DNA of 64,000 nucleotides from Octopus vulgaris (GCA_951406725.2 OX597817.1:20956001-21020000); one strand, 5' to 3'. Positions 43,525-57,770 are shown, numbered from the stretch's first letter. Notes: generated by a model from the sequence alone, not told the origin. Program-made: numbers and translations.

Positions 43525-43982
43525 TATATTATATTAAATTAGAGATAAAACCACTATTAGGCAAATCATACAATGAAGAACTTAAGCCAATACATAAGAT
43601 TATTTAATTTATATTATTTAAATATATAACAAAATTATTAAAAAAATATAATTAACATAACACTACGATCGTTCATTGATTAAACCTCGCCAAGTTAAAT
43701 ATTTAAACCACCTGATGAATGACTGAAACTCGAACATTTAAAGAAATTAACAGCCATGAAACGATCGTAGTGTTATGTTAATTATATTTTTTAAATAATT
43801 TTGTTATATATTTAAATAATATAAATTAAATAATCTTTTGTATTGGCTTAAGTTATTCATTGTATGATTTGCCTAATAGTGGTTTTATCTCTAATTTAAT
43901 ATAATATAATATTTTACTATAAAATTGGATTCAATCCTAAATCTGATATTTCCCTGTAAGTTTGGATTTATTCCCTAATATT

Positions 43983-43985
<3 letters not shown>
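43521..43985 (+). mobile_element. Hammerhead-containing element, family F, with ~156-bp inverted duplication, in (TA)n
   Basis: 43521-43676 is the near-perfect reverse complement of 43756-43912. Confidence 0.85.
43706..43774 (+). ncRNA. Type-I hammerhead ribozyme, family F
   Basis: CAC-CUGAUGA-AUGACUG...CAGCCAU-GAA-ACGAUCGU-A|GUG; palindromic stem III. Confidence 0.8.
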
Positions 43986-44018
<33 letters not shown>

Positions 44019-44089
44019 GGAGAGTTTACGAAAAAAACAACACAAGACGAAGACACGTGGTGTACAAATATCTATATATATATTGTACC

Positions 44090-44300
44090 ACCTGGTGCTG
44101 TTATAAGTTAAGTCATTTTAAAGTCAGGTAAGTTGTTGTTGTTGACTCAGATGTATCCGGGTATAGGTGGTTTACCTGGCATTCCTTAAAGAAATTTCTC
44201 CACATTCCATTTGAATGTGATGGGATTTTTTACTTTTTCATATGTTTGGGATAATGTTAAATTGAGTTTGTTGATGAAATTGAGCTTGTTGACAAAAAAG
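44090..44300 (-). mobile_element. Degraded CR1/L2-group LINE 3' end
   Basis: FKWNVEKFL*GMPGKPPIPGYI*VNNNNL resembles the FK..LD.FL..PD.P..PGY...NSL C-terminus. Confidence 0.45.
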
Positions 44301-44712
44301 AAATTATAATGCAATTAATTACTGTTGTGTAGGAAGTGTATAGCATATGACCCCGACCTTGAATAATTTCTCAATCCCTATATATACGACTTTGTACGAA
44401 TGCAGGACAAATTAACTTGGAAGTTTCGGGCTCGGATACTTCGAACACATTCACAGTATCACGATACTACAATTGGAGCTCCGCTATGGATTGCGACTAT
44501 TGCATAGTCAACAGAATCACATATATCTTAAAATAACGAACTTATATATCAACATATCTGGATAGGTGGTCCAGTATCGATCTAATAGATGATAATAGTC
44601 ACTACTACTGGGTTATTAAATACTGATAGCAATGAAAAATTTGAGATACAAACCATGTATTTTGTGAATATATATATACATACATTTATATATATATATA
44701 TATATATATGTA

Positions 44713-44823
44713 TATTGGCCTGCTCGCTTAGCCAGCAGGGTGGCGTCATTCGAAGGCTAGAACAATGCGAACACATTGTGACCAGCGATGTGTAGCAACA
44801 TCTGATGATCTGATCGGTCATGT

Positions 44824-44826
<3 letters not shown>
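44713..44826 (+). mobile_element. Short interspersed 3' fragment between (TA)n tracts (diverged relative at ~42485-42580)
   Basis: ttggc..gctagaacaatgc..cat..gaccagcgatgt shared between the two loci. Confidence 0.5.
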
Positions 44827-44859
<33 letters not shown>

Positions 44860-44862
<3 letters not shown>

Positions 44863-46144
44863 CCCATACCAAACACACAAGCAAACGCACAACACAAATT
44901 CATGAGTATACATACATACACACACGTACATATATGCACACACATGCACACACATACATACACACATGCACGTACACACTTGCACACATACAAACATGCA
45001 CGCACACATATGTGTTCACATATACGACCACACACACACACACAACATACAATACATGCACACACGTACATACACGCACGCACACCTACACACATACACA
45101 CATATATACTGACACGTACACACATGAACGCACATATACCTCCACACGCACAACCCTACGCATGCACACATACACACACGCACGCACACAAACATGCAGG
45201 CATGCACACACGTACATCACGCACGCCACACACACATGCATACACTTCCATATTCATTCACGCTTACACAGAGATTCCCACAAACACGCACGAACACACA
45301 CATACATACACTCTCACACTCATACATACTCTTGCACATTCACTCACATTCACATAGACACACAAGCCACCCCACATACAAACGCACACATACATATACA
45401 GGGAGTGATAGAGAGAGAGACACACACAGTGACACAGAGAGTGGTACACATACAGTCACCCATACACATGTACCCTCACACACAAACACACATTCCCACT
45501 TCATCTCCGTATACATACTAACACACACATACACATACGCACAACCACATCCACACATTCACCCACCATTTCGACTTCTATTGACCATCCCATCAACGCA
45601 TATGTGAAAAACAAGCAACCACACAAAAACACACACCTGTTAATATAGCAGCTGACCTATAGGTACGGCACTAACACACGCACAAATCATTCACACATAC
45701 ACATATAAAGAGTTAATACCATACACACCACAGACATACAAATACACACGCACAGCTACCACCACAAGCCACATAACACACGCACACACACTCTGTTACT
45801 GCCACACACACATGCTACTATACACACACACACACACGCAATCACGCACACACATGCGTAAACACCCAAACATACACACAGTTGCCATCCTTTCTTCACT
45901 TTCACTTTCTCTTTGTCCAACTCCTTCGGGACATTCCAAAATTTAACCACGTGTGGTCTGTGGCGAATTTTTTTTCCCAGTCTTCTCTTGGATTTTCAGC
46001 TCTCCCCTGTTTCTGGAAAAAGAGCTTTGTTCGAAACGTAAAACACACTTTCTTTCCTTTTCTGATCGTTTTATTAATACTTTGCGTATACCACGTCCTC
46101 GTGTTGTTGTTTTCCTTGCTCCTTTTTTTTCTCCACTCTTGATC
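44860..46144 (+). mobile_element. Family A Penelope 3' relic: ~1-kb degenerate CA-rich tract + tail with degenerate hammerhead (46008-46045), ending in (TA)n
   Basis: 45950-46140 is homologous to the reverse complement of 8361-8560 (tgtttc..aagagct..tcgaaacgt..aatacttt..ccacgtcct.gtgttg). Confidence 0.75.
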
Positions 46145-46479
46145 ATATATATATATACATATATATATTTAGTATTTGGTTTCAAAGATTCTTTATGTGA
46201 ACTGAGTGTGTTGAATTATATTTTAATGTGTCTGGTGAGAGTAATTCTCATTTAACGCTTTAACGTTTCAATGCCGATAGCAGACAGTCAACGACTATTA
46301 ACAATTTTAGAAATCAAAGAGTTAAATGAGATGAAAATAAACTTGTGGATGTGTTTATTAATAAAGCATTACAATCGAGTGACTCCCCCCAACACACAAT
46401 ATATATATATATATATTTCGAGAAAAAAAATTATCACTGGCCAGCATATTAAAAATACCTTTAAAGGTTAAATTTATAA

Positions 46480-46542
<63 letters not shown>

Positions 46543-48004
46543 CGTACGTATGCATGTATGCATGAATGTATGTATGTATCGAACTCACAACCTCACAATC
46601 ATAAACCCAACATTCAAACATTAAAAAGAAGAGTTATCACCTGGTAGCTCTCAATAGACTGGAGTATTTTTGGATTAAACGCAGTGTTGAATAGAATCTG
46701 TTAAGAATTGTATTATTTAACAGTAGGGTCAAAGGGAAGAAAAAAATTTCAGTTATAAATATGAAGCCTAAAAATAGACCTGGGATAATAAACACCCATT
46801 CCTCCTTCAATATCAAATTTAACATAAGTAACAACATTTCTGGTATTTGCCAGTACAACTGAAATGCAGGAAAATTCTAAATAGTCGGTCGATGAGGAAA
46901 TCAACTTTCATACAGCTGCTACCCAGTATGGAGATCAGTATCACTCACAAATAACACTAAGAACTGTCTCCGAGTTGTAGATGTCGAGACACTGAATCTT
47001 GATACACAATTATTTATGAAACCGACGTTACACTAATGATTCAAGACAACGTAATCGAGAAGAAAAGTGATTTCCGTTCATGCGAAGGTAATTTCAAAAT
47101 TCTTCATGCAAATCTCCAGTCTTCTTTCCGACGCATTGTTAAACTGAGAGCCTCTAAGCTGGTTAGATACTGCAAACAATCAGCGGGAAATTGTGGAGAA
47201 ATATGTGCCATATATTAATGGATAAAAACGATGCAAGTTTTGGGTAGCTGAAAGATCGGACGTTCTTTTTTAAACCCAAAATTCTACTACACTAATTCTA
47301 GATTCCAAACATTTAACAAATGTATGCACATGGACAAGTTATTTTTGTCGAACTAGAGCACACCACACTTCTCGGATTGCATAGTTCTCAGGCAGATTGT
47401 GAACTACTCTTTGTTGTACTAATCTACACCAGCTGGATTAATTCTCATTTCAAAAGACAAAGACAACCATGATGTTGGATTTCTTCTTATTTTTTCTTCC
47501 TTTTCGTTCCGCGTTCTGTATCTATTTTCTTCGCCTTTTTCTTCCTTGACTCTCTGTCAAACAACTCTATCGCTACGGTATTGAAGTAATAGTAACTCTA
47601 TTTTAAAATTGTGTACATCAAATGATATTTAATCTTACTGGATAGATAACAGAAGAGGAATTAATGATATAAGAACCAGTTAATTAAGTGGATTAAAGAT
47701 ATCTCTAGCTTATAAATATAAACAAATTACACGATATCAGTACGCCCGGCACACTGTGATCTTTGAGATTCATGTGGATTGGTTAAAACGCATTCTACAA
47801 ATTCAGCTGGTGGGAGCGTTCTAAGAGTAACTAAAATTGTCAAGACGTCAACGGTCAGTTACACACATTTGAAATCTGATGATTACTCTAGGTATGAAAG
47901 CGCTTATTTACATTTATGAGCATTAAAATACACGTGCTTTTAAATAAGTTTAGAATACCATAATAAAATACATGAAAACCAGGCCATGTTTTCAGCCTAT
48001 TCAA

Positions 48005-48057
<53 letters not shown>

Positions 48058-48378
48058 GAAGGTTTGAAAATGCAATTTTTAAATATGTTTATTCACTTAA
48101 CCCGTTTCACTTTTTAGAAACAGATTGTCAAATGTAAAATGTAAAAGTGTTTACAAAGCTTTGTTGTGTTATGTACCTGTTGTCACAAAATATTACAATA
48201 CATATATACATTAATTCATAATAATAAGAAAATGCTAAAAACAGTTTATATGGAAAAATCTTGAGAAAATATTAAAAAGTTCATTAAGAATATTAGGATT
48301 TCATTAAAAATCACGTTTGTTTGGAAGTATCTATATATATACAGAGAAAATTATAAGTTCAAAAAGGTCATATCTAGT

Positions 48379-48437
<59 letters not shown>

Positions 48438-48549
48438 GAGATATATTTAGGTGTTTACAAAGAATTTTAGATGAACTGATCTGTTTTACCATTTTTCCGT
48501 TTTCTGTGAAACTAATGGCTGATTACTATTTTAAGGGACACACTTTAAG

Positions 48550-48974
48550 ATAACATATTCTCCTGGGGCTACTTAGCTGCAAGCTACAGTAGCATCCACC
48601 CGTAGTGGTTAGCCACATTGTGGTGCAGCTACTGTTTATACCGCGTTCAGATATCTATTATTGCTTGTTTACACTTTTTCGAGATCAGTGAATTTTCGTC
48701 ACTCGAAAAAGGATAGATGTATTTACATTGGGACCTCTTCGAATCGAAGACAGGTGATTGTCGTGTGCTGACGTCGGGCAAATACTCAGAAACCCGGGTC
48801 CGTACGTATCACGTAGGATCGACAATGGGAAGGATGGCCTCCCTTTTCAAATACTGACTGGGCACAAAAAGTGTGGCAATAGCCAGCTGGAGAAGATGTT
48901 TCCTGGGGCTACAAGCTACAATAGCATGCACCCTATGTGGTTAACCACATTTAAGTGGCAAGTATACTTCACAT

Positions 48975-48978
<4 letters not shown>
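48550..48978 (+). mobile_element. Second family B hammerhead element (~340-bp period, terminal direct repeat), ending in (TA)n
   Basis: tcctggggctac at 48561 and 48901. Hammerhead 48762-48806: CGUGUG-CUGACGU-C-GGG..CUC-A-GAA-ACCCGGGU-C|CGUACG. Confidence 0.8.
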
Positions 48979-49030
<52 letters not shown>

Positions 49031-49091
49031 TTTTATATATATATTTTAATATCTACACAGCCTTGGTTTTTTTATCTTATTACGCAAAAAA

Positions 49092-49127
<36 letters not shown>

Positions 49128-49242
49128 TGAGTCCCTTTTTAAAGTAGAGGAAACAGCTAAAATGTTTTGGCTGCTATTTCTAAACTTCGGTATGTGGTAA
49201 AGCAAAGCTTTGCTGAACCCTTATTATTAAGTACATATATAT

Positions 49243-49312
<70 letters not shown>

Positions 49313-49739
49313 ATCGATATAACGCTCATCTTTTAGATACGGGAAACACACTATATCAACACACGCCAGTCACTTACATCATCTTAAAAATAAAAATGCG
49401 TGCTGCTTTTTGCAGTTCATGAATTGATGTGCTTTCATAATGGTGTTCATTTTTGAATCTCTAGTGAACATAGGGAGATTTTGCAAAATAGTGTTGTATG
49501 CTTCATTTTTTCTAGGATTGAATGTTGATATATACAGTAGTGTTTTGAGATGTGGGTTGATGTTACATTTTCTTGCCCTTAATGTTTCAATATCTAATTT
49601 ATTAGTACGCTTAATTCCATCGTATTTCAGTTAGTGTTGTTTTGAGGTATTGAAGACGTAGGTCCCGAGTCACTTGCCTTCTACTATAACCTCTAGCTGG
49701 TGCTAGTGATCCGTATTATGCTTCCAAGTTAGTTGATAT

Positions 49740-50163
49740 ATAACATATTAGAGGGAAAAGGACAACAAAAACCAAAATAGGACAGGTATCTCAAGTCCTG
49801 CACAATATCTAATTAGAGTAAGGTGAATTTAATGTCTTCCTGCTGTTTCTGGGATACCACAACTTATAGTCTTGCATGTCCGTACACTGGGTATGGCATC
49901 TAGGCAGCGAAATTCAGTTCATAAGGAATAAGATAGTATCACCTGTATATTGCTTATATTCTGTGGATTTCCCTGTCTAGATCTTTCCTACATACTCACC
50001 TTCTCTCTAATGACGGGATATCCAGTGTACGGAGTGCCAGCCTATCACATTGGATATCCCAGAAACAGCTGTAAGACTTCCACTCTACGCTAATGAAGTA
50101 TTCTAAATAACTTGACATACCTGTACTGTCTTGTTTTTTGTTGTTTTTCCTTCTAATATAGTT

Positions 50164-50165
<2 letters not shown>
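49740..50165. mobile_element. Family G hammerhead element as two diverged, inverted copies (49740-49905 minus; 49995-50165 plus)
   Basis: ccagtgtacgga, tatcccagaaacagc, cttga.atacctgt and ttttgttgt..ttcc.tctaatat occur in both orientations. Confidence 0.75.
50004..50076 (+). ncRNA. Type-I hammerhead ribozyme, family G (G5A core mutation, probably inactive)
   Basis: UCU-CUAAUGA-C-GGGAUAUCCAGUGU...ACAUUGGAUAUCCC-A-GAA-ACAGCUGU-A|AGA. Confidence 0.75.
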
Positions 50166-50212
<47 letters not shown>

Positions 50213-50213
<1 letters not shown>

Positions 50214-50598
50214 GCGCAGAAGTGGTAAGTAGCTTGCTTACCAACAGTATGTTTCCGTGTTCAGTCCCACTATGTGGTACCTTGGGCAAGTTTCTTCTAA
50301 TATTGCCTCAGGCCGACCTAAGCCTTTTGAGTGGATTTGGTAAACAGAAACTGAAAGAAGCCCGTCAAATATATATGTATACGTTTGTGTGCCTGTGTTT
50401 GTCCCCACCACCATCGCTTGACAACCGATGTTGGCGTGTTTACATAAACATAACATAGTGTTTCGGCAAATTAGACCCATAGAATAAGTACTAGGCTTAC
50501 AAAGAATACGTCCTGAGTTCGATTTCTTCGACTAACGGGGGTGGTCCAGCATGGCCGCAGTCAAATGACTAAAACATATAAAAGGAAGAAAAATAGAG
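50213..50598 (+). mobile_element. CORE-type SINE, diverged
   Basis: Same consensus as the other CORE-type copies. Confidence 0.88.
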
Positions 50599-50743
50599 TA
50601 TATATATATAAATGTATATATGTATATATATAGAGAGAGAGTGAGTGAGTGACTGAGTGAGTGAGATTGATAAGCACATGCATGCACAGAGACATGTTCA
50701 CTGAAACTGGCACAAACCACCTGCACACGCACACACACACACT

Positions 50744-50777
<34 letters not shown>

Positions 50778-52575
50778 ATATGCTTGTGATACATCAATTC
50801 GTTTTGGGAAAGTACACCTTCAGAATACATTGGCATAAGTTTGTTTTAGCATATCCATTACATAAATGTACGATATATACTAACTATATATGCAGAATAG
50901 GTAAAAACCCCACTAATCTTTTCAAACAAGTTTGTCTACACAACCACCACTTTCCTACTTCTCATGTAAGGGTCATTTTCTATTTTGGATTCTGGTAATC
51001 ACAATAAATAATCTTATTGCGTTAATGACGTTCAACTGTCTTGTACTCTTCAGTGTTGTGCGTTTAATGAAAGCTATATAATCAAACTCATTTGTGCAAA
51101 TTAGCTTTTGCTAACGATACCCGATTGCATTCTATACTTACAGATTTTCACCTTGAGAATTTCGAAGCAATTTCTTTTCCGATAGATCACACATTCGCCA
51201 CTCAATTACAGAAGATTTCTGCACCAATGACAAATATCTTTATATAGTTTTCATCAGCTATCCATTGACATAATTTGTTTTTGAAGCAGTTATGTGCGAA
51301 TCCCTAAAGATAATCGTAGTATTTTACATTACAGATCCGTATTATTAATGATAATAGTTAATTTCTGAAATACATTTGTAAGATATAATCGTATTCCTAA
51401 CTACTTGTAGATATTGCACCTTGTAAGAAATCTAATGTGCATTATACCATGTCATGCAGTTTTTCAATGAGATAAAACCGAAGTCTTATCACCAGAGTAT
51501 TGCTACTAATCATTAAATATCTAAAACCCAATTTCCCGTAGATATGAAAACAAAAATATAAATAACCGTTTAAAAATGTTGATACACATTTTATTTTTAC
51601 TCACCATTATATTATGGTAAAGGAGATTAACGCACAAAATTTACTTGAAAAAGAACGCATTATCCTACATTATTATAATATTGCAATTAGACAATTTTTG
51701 AAGATAGGCAGCCTATATTTGAAACTCACTAAGCAGAGATAACAGCATATTACATTAAAGGATATAATATTATATTATTCTCTGAAACGTAAACTGAGAC
51801 TAACACACAAAGACGGTTACAAGAATATTAACATACAATATGTAAATAGAATGCCATAAACCAATAACCATAAAAATAAATAATTTTATGTATCTTGCTA
51901 TTACTCTCATTAAAATGCATAATGACTTATTTTCACTAACAATAATTGAAAGTGTTACATGATTTTCTCTGTGTGGTGGGATAGAAACAAAAGTGGTACT
52001 TAATTTACCACGTGTGCTTCAGAAATATATTCCTTGATGACATTAATTGACATGAAAACATACATGTGATAGATTTAGTAATTCTAGTCAACAGTGGGTC
52101 ATTCGTAAATTTGTTCATGACATCTATATCTCACATTTATTATGAAGCCCGAAATAAATAATTAAACATCAAATTGAATAATGCGTATCATTTACATCCA
52201 ATGATTTAACTATCATATATAAAGTTACTAACGCCCGCCAATTGCGTGCGACAGCGACGATACGCATCCAGCATTTCAAAGTGGTCCCTTGATGACAGTT
52301 ATTTATTTATTTACCATGAATTTCATTTATTCAATCCTACATTTATAAACGTTCAATTACTGTGCATTAAGGGTACAGTATAAAACACTTGGTGCAAATA
52401 GGTGTCAATAAATGCAAAACCAAACAATTACGTATGTACTTATATGTATGTGGTTGTGTATACATACATAATACACACACATACACACACACATATATAT
52501 ACATACACACATATATATACATACATATATATATACATATATATCTGCTTACATAAATATATAACAGCCACACAC

Positions 52576-52644
<69 letters not shown>

Positions 52645-54019
52645 TGCGTGTGTATTATGTATTTATGCATATGTGTAAGAAACGTGCTTCTTCACATTTC
52701 CGCCTCTCAAGATGCCTCAAAATTTAAAGGCCAAATGTCGGATGTAGTCGATGATGAGGGAAAATTGTTCCATGTAAATTGACCACACCTGAAACCATAT
52801 GGCTGCTAAGCGAACATGTTTACCACAATGCCATATCAGCTTTTAATACTGAAAACCTCTCATAGCAATCAAATCTAATATCGTTATTTTCAAAGGCTAT
52901 GTTTAAAGAGAAAATATTAAATTTCATCTTTCATTCAGAAAGGTTTCCTATTAAAATAAATCGGTATTAATATTCATCTACTCGTAATGGTTATGATGTG
53001 AAATATAATTGATTAGATCTACTTCACATCCTTAAAAAAATTCAATTTCAAAACGTAATTAAAATAATGTTAGCATATTTACTGATTCCACTTAAATATA
53101 TGATCGCCAAAAGGTGATGGGAAATATTATACGAATAACATAAATATGAAATAAATAAAAAAATCCCATAGATTGGAAGCGATAAAAATAGTGTTTCTAT
53201 TTTGTGGGGAAATAAAAATTCAGAATTAACGATCAGCTAATTTATGTTTGAGTCAAAATTATACATGTTATTTTTTCCCTGCTGCACTAGTAAATTAATG
53301 AATCTTTGTTGTTGTTTTTTCTTTTTCTTTTTTTTTTTTATTTATTTTTTTTTTCAGTAATGAAGTACGTCGACGAAAGTACTTCTGATAAAAAAAGTTA
53401 AAAGTAGTGTATTTGAAATATTTGGGTAACCTACACCAAACACTTAAACTGAGTTGACAAAAATAATAAATGTTGCATAAATTAAGGCTGTCGAAAGCAA
53501 CCACTTTTCACAATTAACATACAATAAGTTCAGTATATCACATAAGTGTATATACACACCTACAAGCATAAGAATTTAGATATTCTCATAAACGAAGTCG
53601 CACGAAATAATACATATTTATGTAATTTATTAACGAATTACATTTTTCAATCAACGCCAATCGCATATCCCCTTTGGACCTGTTTATATTTGTTATTTAA
53701 TTTTGTTTTCGAGAGTTATATATTAACGATGTATATTTCTAGTGGCTCACATGTGTTGATGGATATTATATATTATATACAGTTAATTTGATTGGTTATA
53801 AATAATTTATATTCTTCAACTGTTAATTCATTTTTTATTTAAGTAAAATAATAATATTATTGCATTCAAAGAATATAAACTTACTTGCATAACAGTTCTC
53901 AAGAACCATTCCAAATATTTTAAAATGTTAACTCTTAATTGACGTGGAGCAATAGTACTTTAAATATACAAGCTGAGAACAAAGTACCGTAAGTATTATT
54001 ATTTGCTTGTCTGGGAAAT

Positions 54020-54345
54020 TCTGGGCGTTGTTTTGCATGCAAAAAGAGACCATACATTTACATGGTCCATACATTTACAAACTGTCAACTACTCTGAAAT
54101 TCCTCTAGTCTTGCAATTTGAGTTTTTTTCAATTTTTGCCTTCAAAATATCTTCATCCATTGCTTAACATCTTCCACTGCGACTGTCATCATCCATGCTA
54201 AACTCTCTAGCTTTAAATTTTGAAAGCCATCTTCGAACAGTTGATTCACTTACATCATCACCGTGAAATTTCACAAATGTTTTTACAAGTATTTACAGCA
54301 TTTTATCTTTTCGTTAAAAGCAAAAGCATTACAAACTCACCAGCT
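54020..54345 (-). mobile_element. Mariner transposase HTH relic
   Basis: GDDVSESTVRRWLSKFKAREFSMDDDSRSGR. Confidence 0.75.
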
Positions 54346-54732
54346 TTAATTCAATAAATAGAGAAACGAAATTCTAGCCATAAAGTTTAAAATAGAAGAC
54401 AAAATAGAAACTCTTGTCCCATGAAATCCTTTTATAACTCAGAAAGACCATAAATATAATTTGATGTAAAATCCTAGCTGTATATTAATAAATCCGACAG
54501 AAAGTGAAATAAGAATTAACAGTAAATCTACATTAGATAATATTATACGACAATTCAGAGCACACTCAAATCGTACGCACTGAATATACAGTTGCGCAAC
54601 TATTGAATGGTGTAAGAAAATAGAAGATAAACACAAAATTTACGCAATTCAACATCGTTGAGTTCTACCCCCTCGGGCTCTTGAATTAGCAAAACATGCG
54701 TCACTATAACAGGTACCGATATAGACATAATT

Positions 54733-55560
54733 ATGACAGCATGGAAGCCATTAGTCTTTCGTGATAATTCCTACTGGGTAAAAAAGAATGGAGACGAGTT
54801 ATTTGAAGTGGCAATGGGGTGCTATGACGGTGAAGAGATAGCTGACCTTGTAGGCCTTTATATACTAGATGATCCTATAAAAGAAATAAAAGAGGCTATC
54901 ATAAGTTTCTATAGGGACGATGGCCTGGGAGTAGTACACAATAAAAGCAGACATGATATGGACGGAATATGGTAAGAATTATGCAAAATATTTAGCCAAT
55001 TAGGCCTAAGAACATCAATTAGTAAAGTAGTCAACTTTCTGGTTCAAAGTTTAGTAAATGAATATTAAATCCTACCACAAAGAAAACGAGGAAGCCTCGT
55101 ACATAGATGACGGTTCCGACCACCTACCACCAGCCAATAAACAAATAGTTAACAACATTAGCATGTGGGTCTCCAAATTATCCGTCGACAAAGATACTTT
55201 TGAAAACGTCGCCGGTTGTTTAGCTGTAAGTAGAGCTAGGCGTTTTGATAGACTGTTTGTGGTGTTGTATGATGCTGTTTTTGTGAGTATACGCCAGTGT
55301 AATCTAATTACTCAACGAAACTAAACAATCTACTACAATAAAACCTCACCCCAGCGAAATTACCAGCTCAAGAACAAAATTTAATGTAAGAATTACTAAC
55401 TTTTGCCTGGATTACCATCACATATGTATCAATTATTTTCGCATCCTAACCGGTGTATCAATCTATTTTTGCATTTTGAAGAGGTATACTAAAACTAGTA
55501 AATCGAAACGATCGTAAGTACTACATTTATCATTGCTTCCTTTTTCTTTATTATCTAAGT
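54733..55560 (+). mobile_element. Degraded, internally deleted Penelope-like element (YRDD-type RT) with downstream degenerate hammerhead (55472-55520)
   Basis: WVKK..FEVAMGCYDGEEIADLVGLYIL..YRDDGL..KIF..LGL..VVNFL..YHKEN..SYI..SDH; then UUGAAGA-GGU.UACU..AGUA.AUC-GAA-ACGAUCGU-A|AGUA. Confidence 0.75.
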
Positions 55561-55621
55561 AAATTAAAGGCATACCAGCGAAACGACGAGTCTCACCTTA
55601 TTATTACATCGTTATATATAG

Positions 55622-56031
55622 TCTTTTACTCTTTTATTTGTTTCAGTTATTTCACTGCGGCCATGCTGGAGCACCGCCATTAGTCGAGCAAATCGACCCT
55701 GGGACTTATTCTTTGTAAGCCCAGTACTTATCCTATCGGTCTCTTTTGCCGAATCGCTAAGTGACGGAGACTTAAACGCACCAGCATCGGTTGTCAAGCA
55801 ATGCTAGGGGGACAAACACAGACAGACAAACACACAAATACACACATACATATATATATACATACATATATACGACAGGCTTCTTTCAGTTTCCGTCTAC
55901 CAAATCCACTCAAGGCATTGGCCGGCCTGAGGCTATAGTAGAAGACACTTGCCCAAGATGCCACGCAGTGGGACTGAACCCGGAACCATGTGGTTGGTTA
56001 GCAAGCTACTTACCACACAGCCACTCCTGGC
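55622..56031 (-). mobile_element. CORE-type SINE, full length
   Basis: Same consensus as the other CORE-type copies. Confidence 0.9.
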
Positions 56032-56137
56032 TTATATATATTATATATATATAATTTGTATATATGTATGTACATATGTATGTATATATGTATATAGATA
56101 ATTACTGAAGTGGCTGCACGCAATTTAAAACTATATT

Positions 56138-56514
56138 ATTTTATTGGTTTCAGTCATTTGACTGCGGCCATGATGGAACATCGCCTTTAGTCGAACAAAA
56201 TGACTTATTCTTTTTAAGCCTTGTACTTATTCTATCGGCCACTTGTGCTGAACCTCTAAGTTATGGGCACGTAAACACGCCAACATCAGTTGTCAAGCGG
56301 TGATGACGGGACAAACACAGACACACAAACATATATACATGTACACATATATTCAACGGGCTTCTTTCAGTTTCCGATTACGAAATCTACCCACAAGGTT
56401 TTGGTCTGTCCGAGGCTATAGAGGAAGAGCTTGCCCAGTTGCCACGCACTGCGAGAACACCGGAAACCATGAGTTTGGGAAGCAAGCTTATTACCACACA
56501 GCCACGCCTGCACC
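56138..56514 (-). mobile_element. CORE-type SINE, older diverged copy
   Basis: Same consensus with many substitutions. Confidence 0.85.
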
Positions 56515-56549
56515 TATATCTATATCTATCTATATATCTACTTAAGATA

Positions 56550-57173
56550 GATCTGTCTTTAATTTTGGCAGAAAATTTTATCGATTTCTACCAAAAACTT
56601 TGTGATACGCAAGGCCACATTATCGAGAAGATTCACAAGACATTATGAGATGGTGCCAGAGGGAAAACAGAAATAAAGAAGTTGTACAACCGGTCCAATG
56701 ATACTTGCTCTTCAGTGGACAGTGACAAACGTGGTCGCCAGAAGATTAACAAAGAATGCTCCCTGGAGTCTCTTCGTTGCCTTCGTGAAACTTTGCGGCG
56801 GAAACGCCCCCATCTGTGTGCAGCGAAGAAATGGGAACTCCACCGTGACAACGCATCCGCTCATCCCACTCACGTCGTCGAAACATTCCTCGTCAAGAAA
56901 AACATATCACTTTTTCGTGAAGCTGTCTACAACAGAGACGTGTCTCCGTCTGACATTTAGCTATGCCTAAAGCTAAAAATAACACTTAAATGAAGATTTA
57001 AGTCAACAGAAGACATGAAGCAAAATTCGACGGCACAGCTCTACTTTTTCCAACAGTGGCAGGAACGCTAGCAGAAGTGTGTAGATTCCCAAGGCGAATA
57101 CTTTGAACGAGTCTTTCAATAATACTTATTTTTAGCCAAATGTCGGATAATATTTTTTACTACAGTTTGTGTA
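56550..57173 (+). mobile_element. Internally deleted mariner (D,D34D) relic
   Basis: LRETLRRKRPHL...W.LHRDNASAH...V..FL.KKNI......YNRDVSPSD; 3' TIR-like gtcggataatattttttactacagtttgtg|ta. Confidence 0.82.
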
Positions 57174-57494
57174 TATATATTGTGAATCGAGAATACTCTG
57201 AGATTTGGAACCAAATAATTTATCTGAAAATGTTCTTCTGTTATCCTTAGAAGATGACAAAAAGGCAACTTTGGCTACCTAAAATTTATACATTTCTTTA
57301 TTCAGTCACTTTCACGTTTTTCTCGTAGCATATTTGCCGGGGCAAACCAATAAAATATTGTTAAATCCTTTTATATCAACCTACATCGTACAAACATATT
57401 TTCCCCATATCATTCTCTATCTTCGGATTCAACTATTTCTTTTGTCTACCACACCACACCACACTTAATTAGAATAGGAAACATCTTGCCGATA

Positions 57495-57770
57495 GGCACC
57501 CAAATACTGCACAATTTTGGGGTAGGGGAATCTTGAAAATTATTATAGATGTTTTCCTTGTACACGTTTGATGCACAAAAATGCAAGTATACATGTGTCC
57601 GGAAGGAACCCAAATAAAGCACAGTCTGAGGATGGGAAGCTTGAAAGTCATTCTCAAACCTTATCGTATTAACATCTAAAACACAACTAGATATAAGTGC
57701 AAGAAAGCGATAGTCCCAAAGTATCTCAAATAAAGCACAGTCTGTAGAAATGGAAATTTGAACGTCTGTC
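57495..57770. repeat. Degenerate ~110-116-bp tandem repeat, 3 units
   Basis: ccaaata..gcaca.t.tg..g..gg.a..ttgaa at ~57498, ~57608 and ~57724. Confidence 0.6.

Noticed and set aside
46637-46858. 73-aa hydrophobic ORF with possible splice sites
   Set aside because: AT-rich codon bias explains the hydrophobicity; no recognisable homology and a weak donor.
57495-57770. CRISPR-like repeat/spacer appearance
   Set aside because: Eukaryotic context, degenerate repeats, spacers too long and no cas genes.
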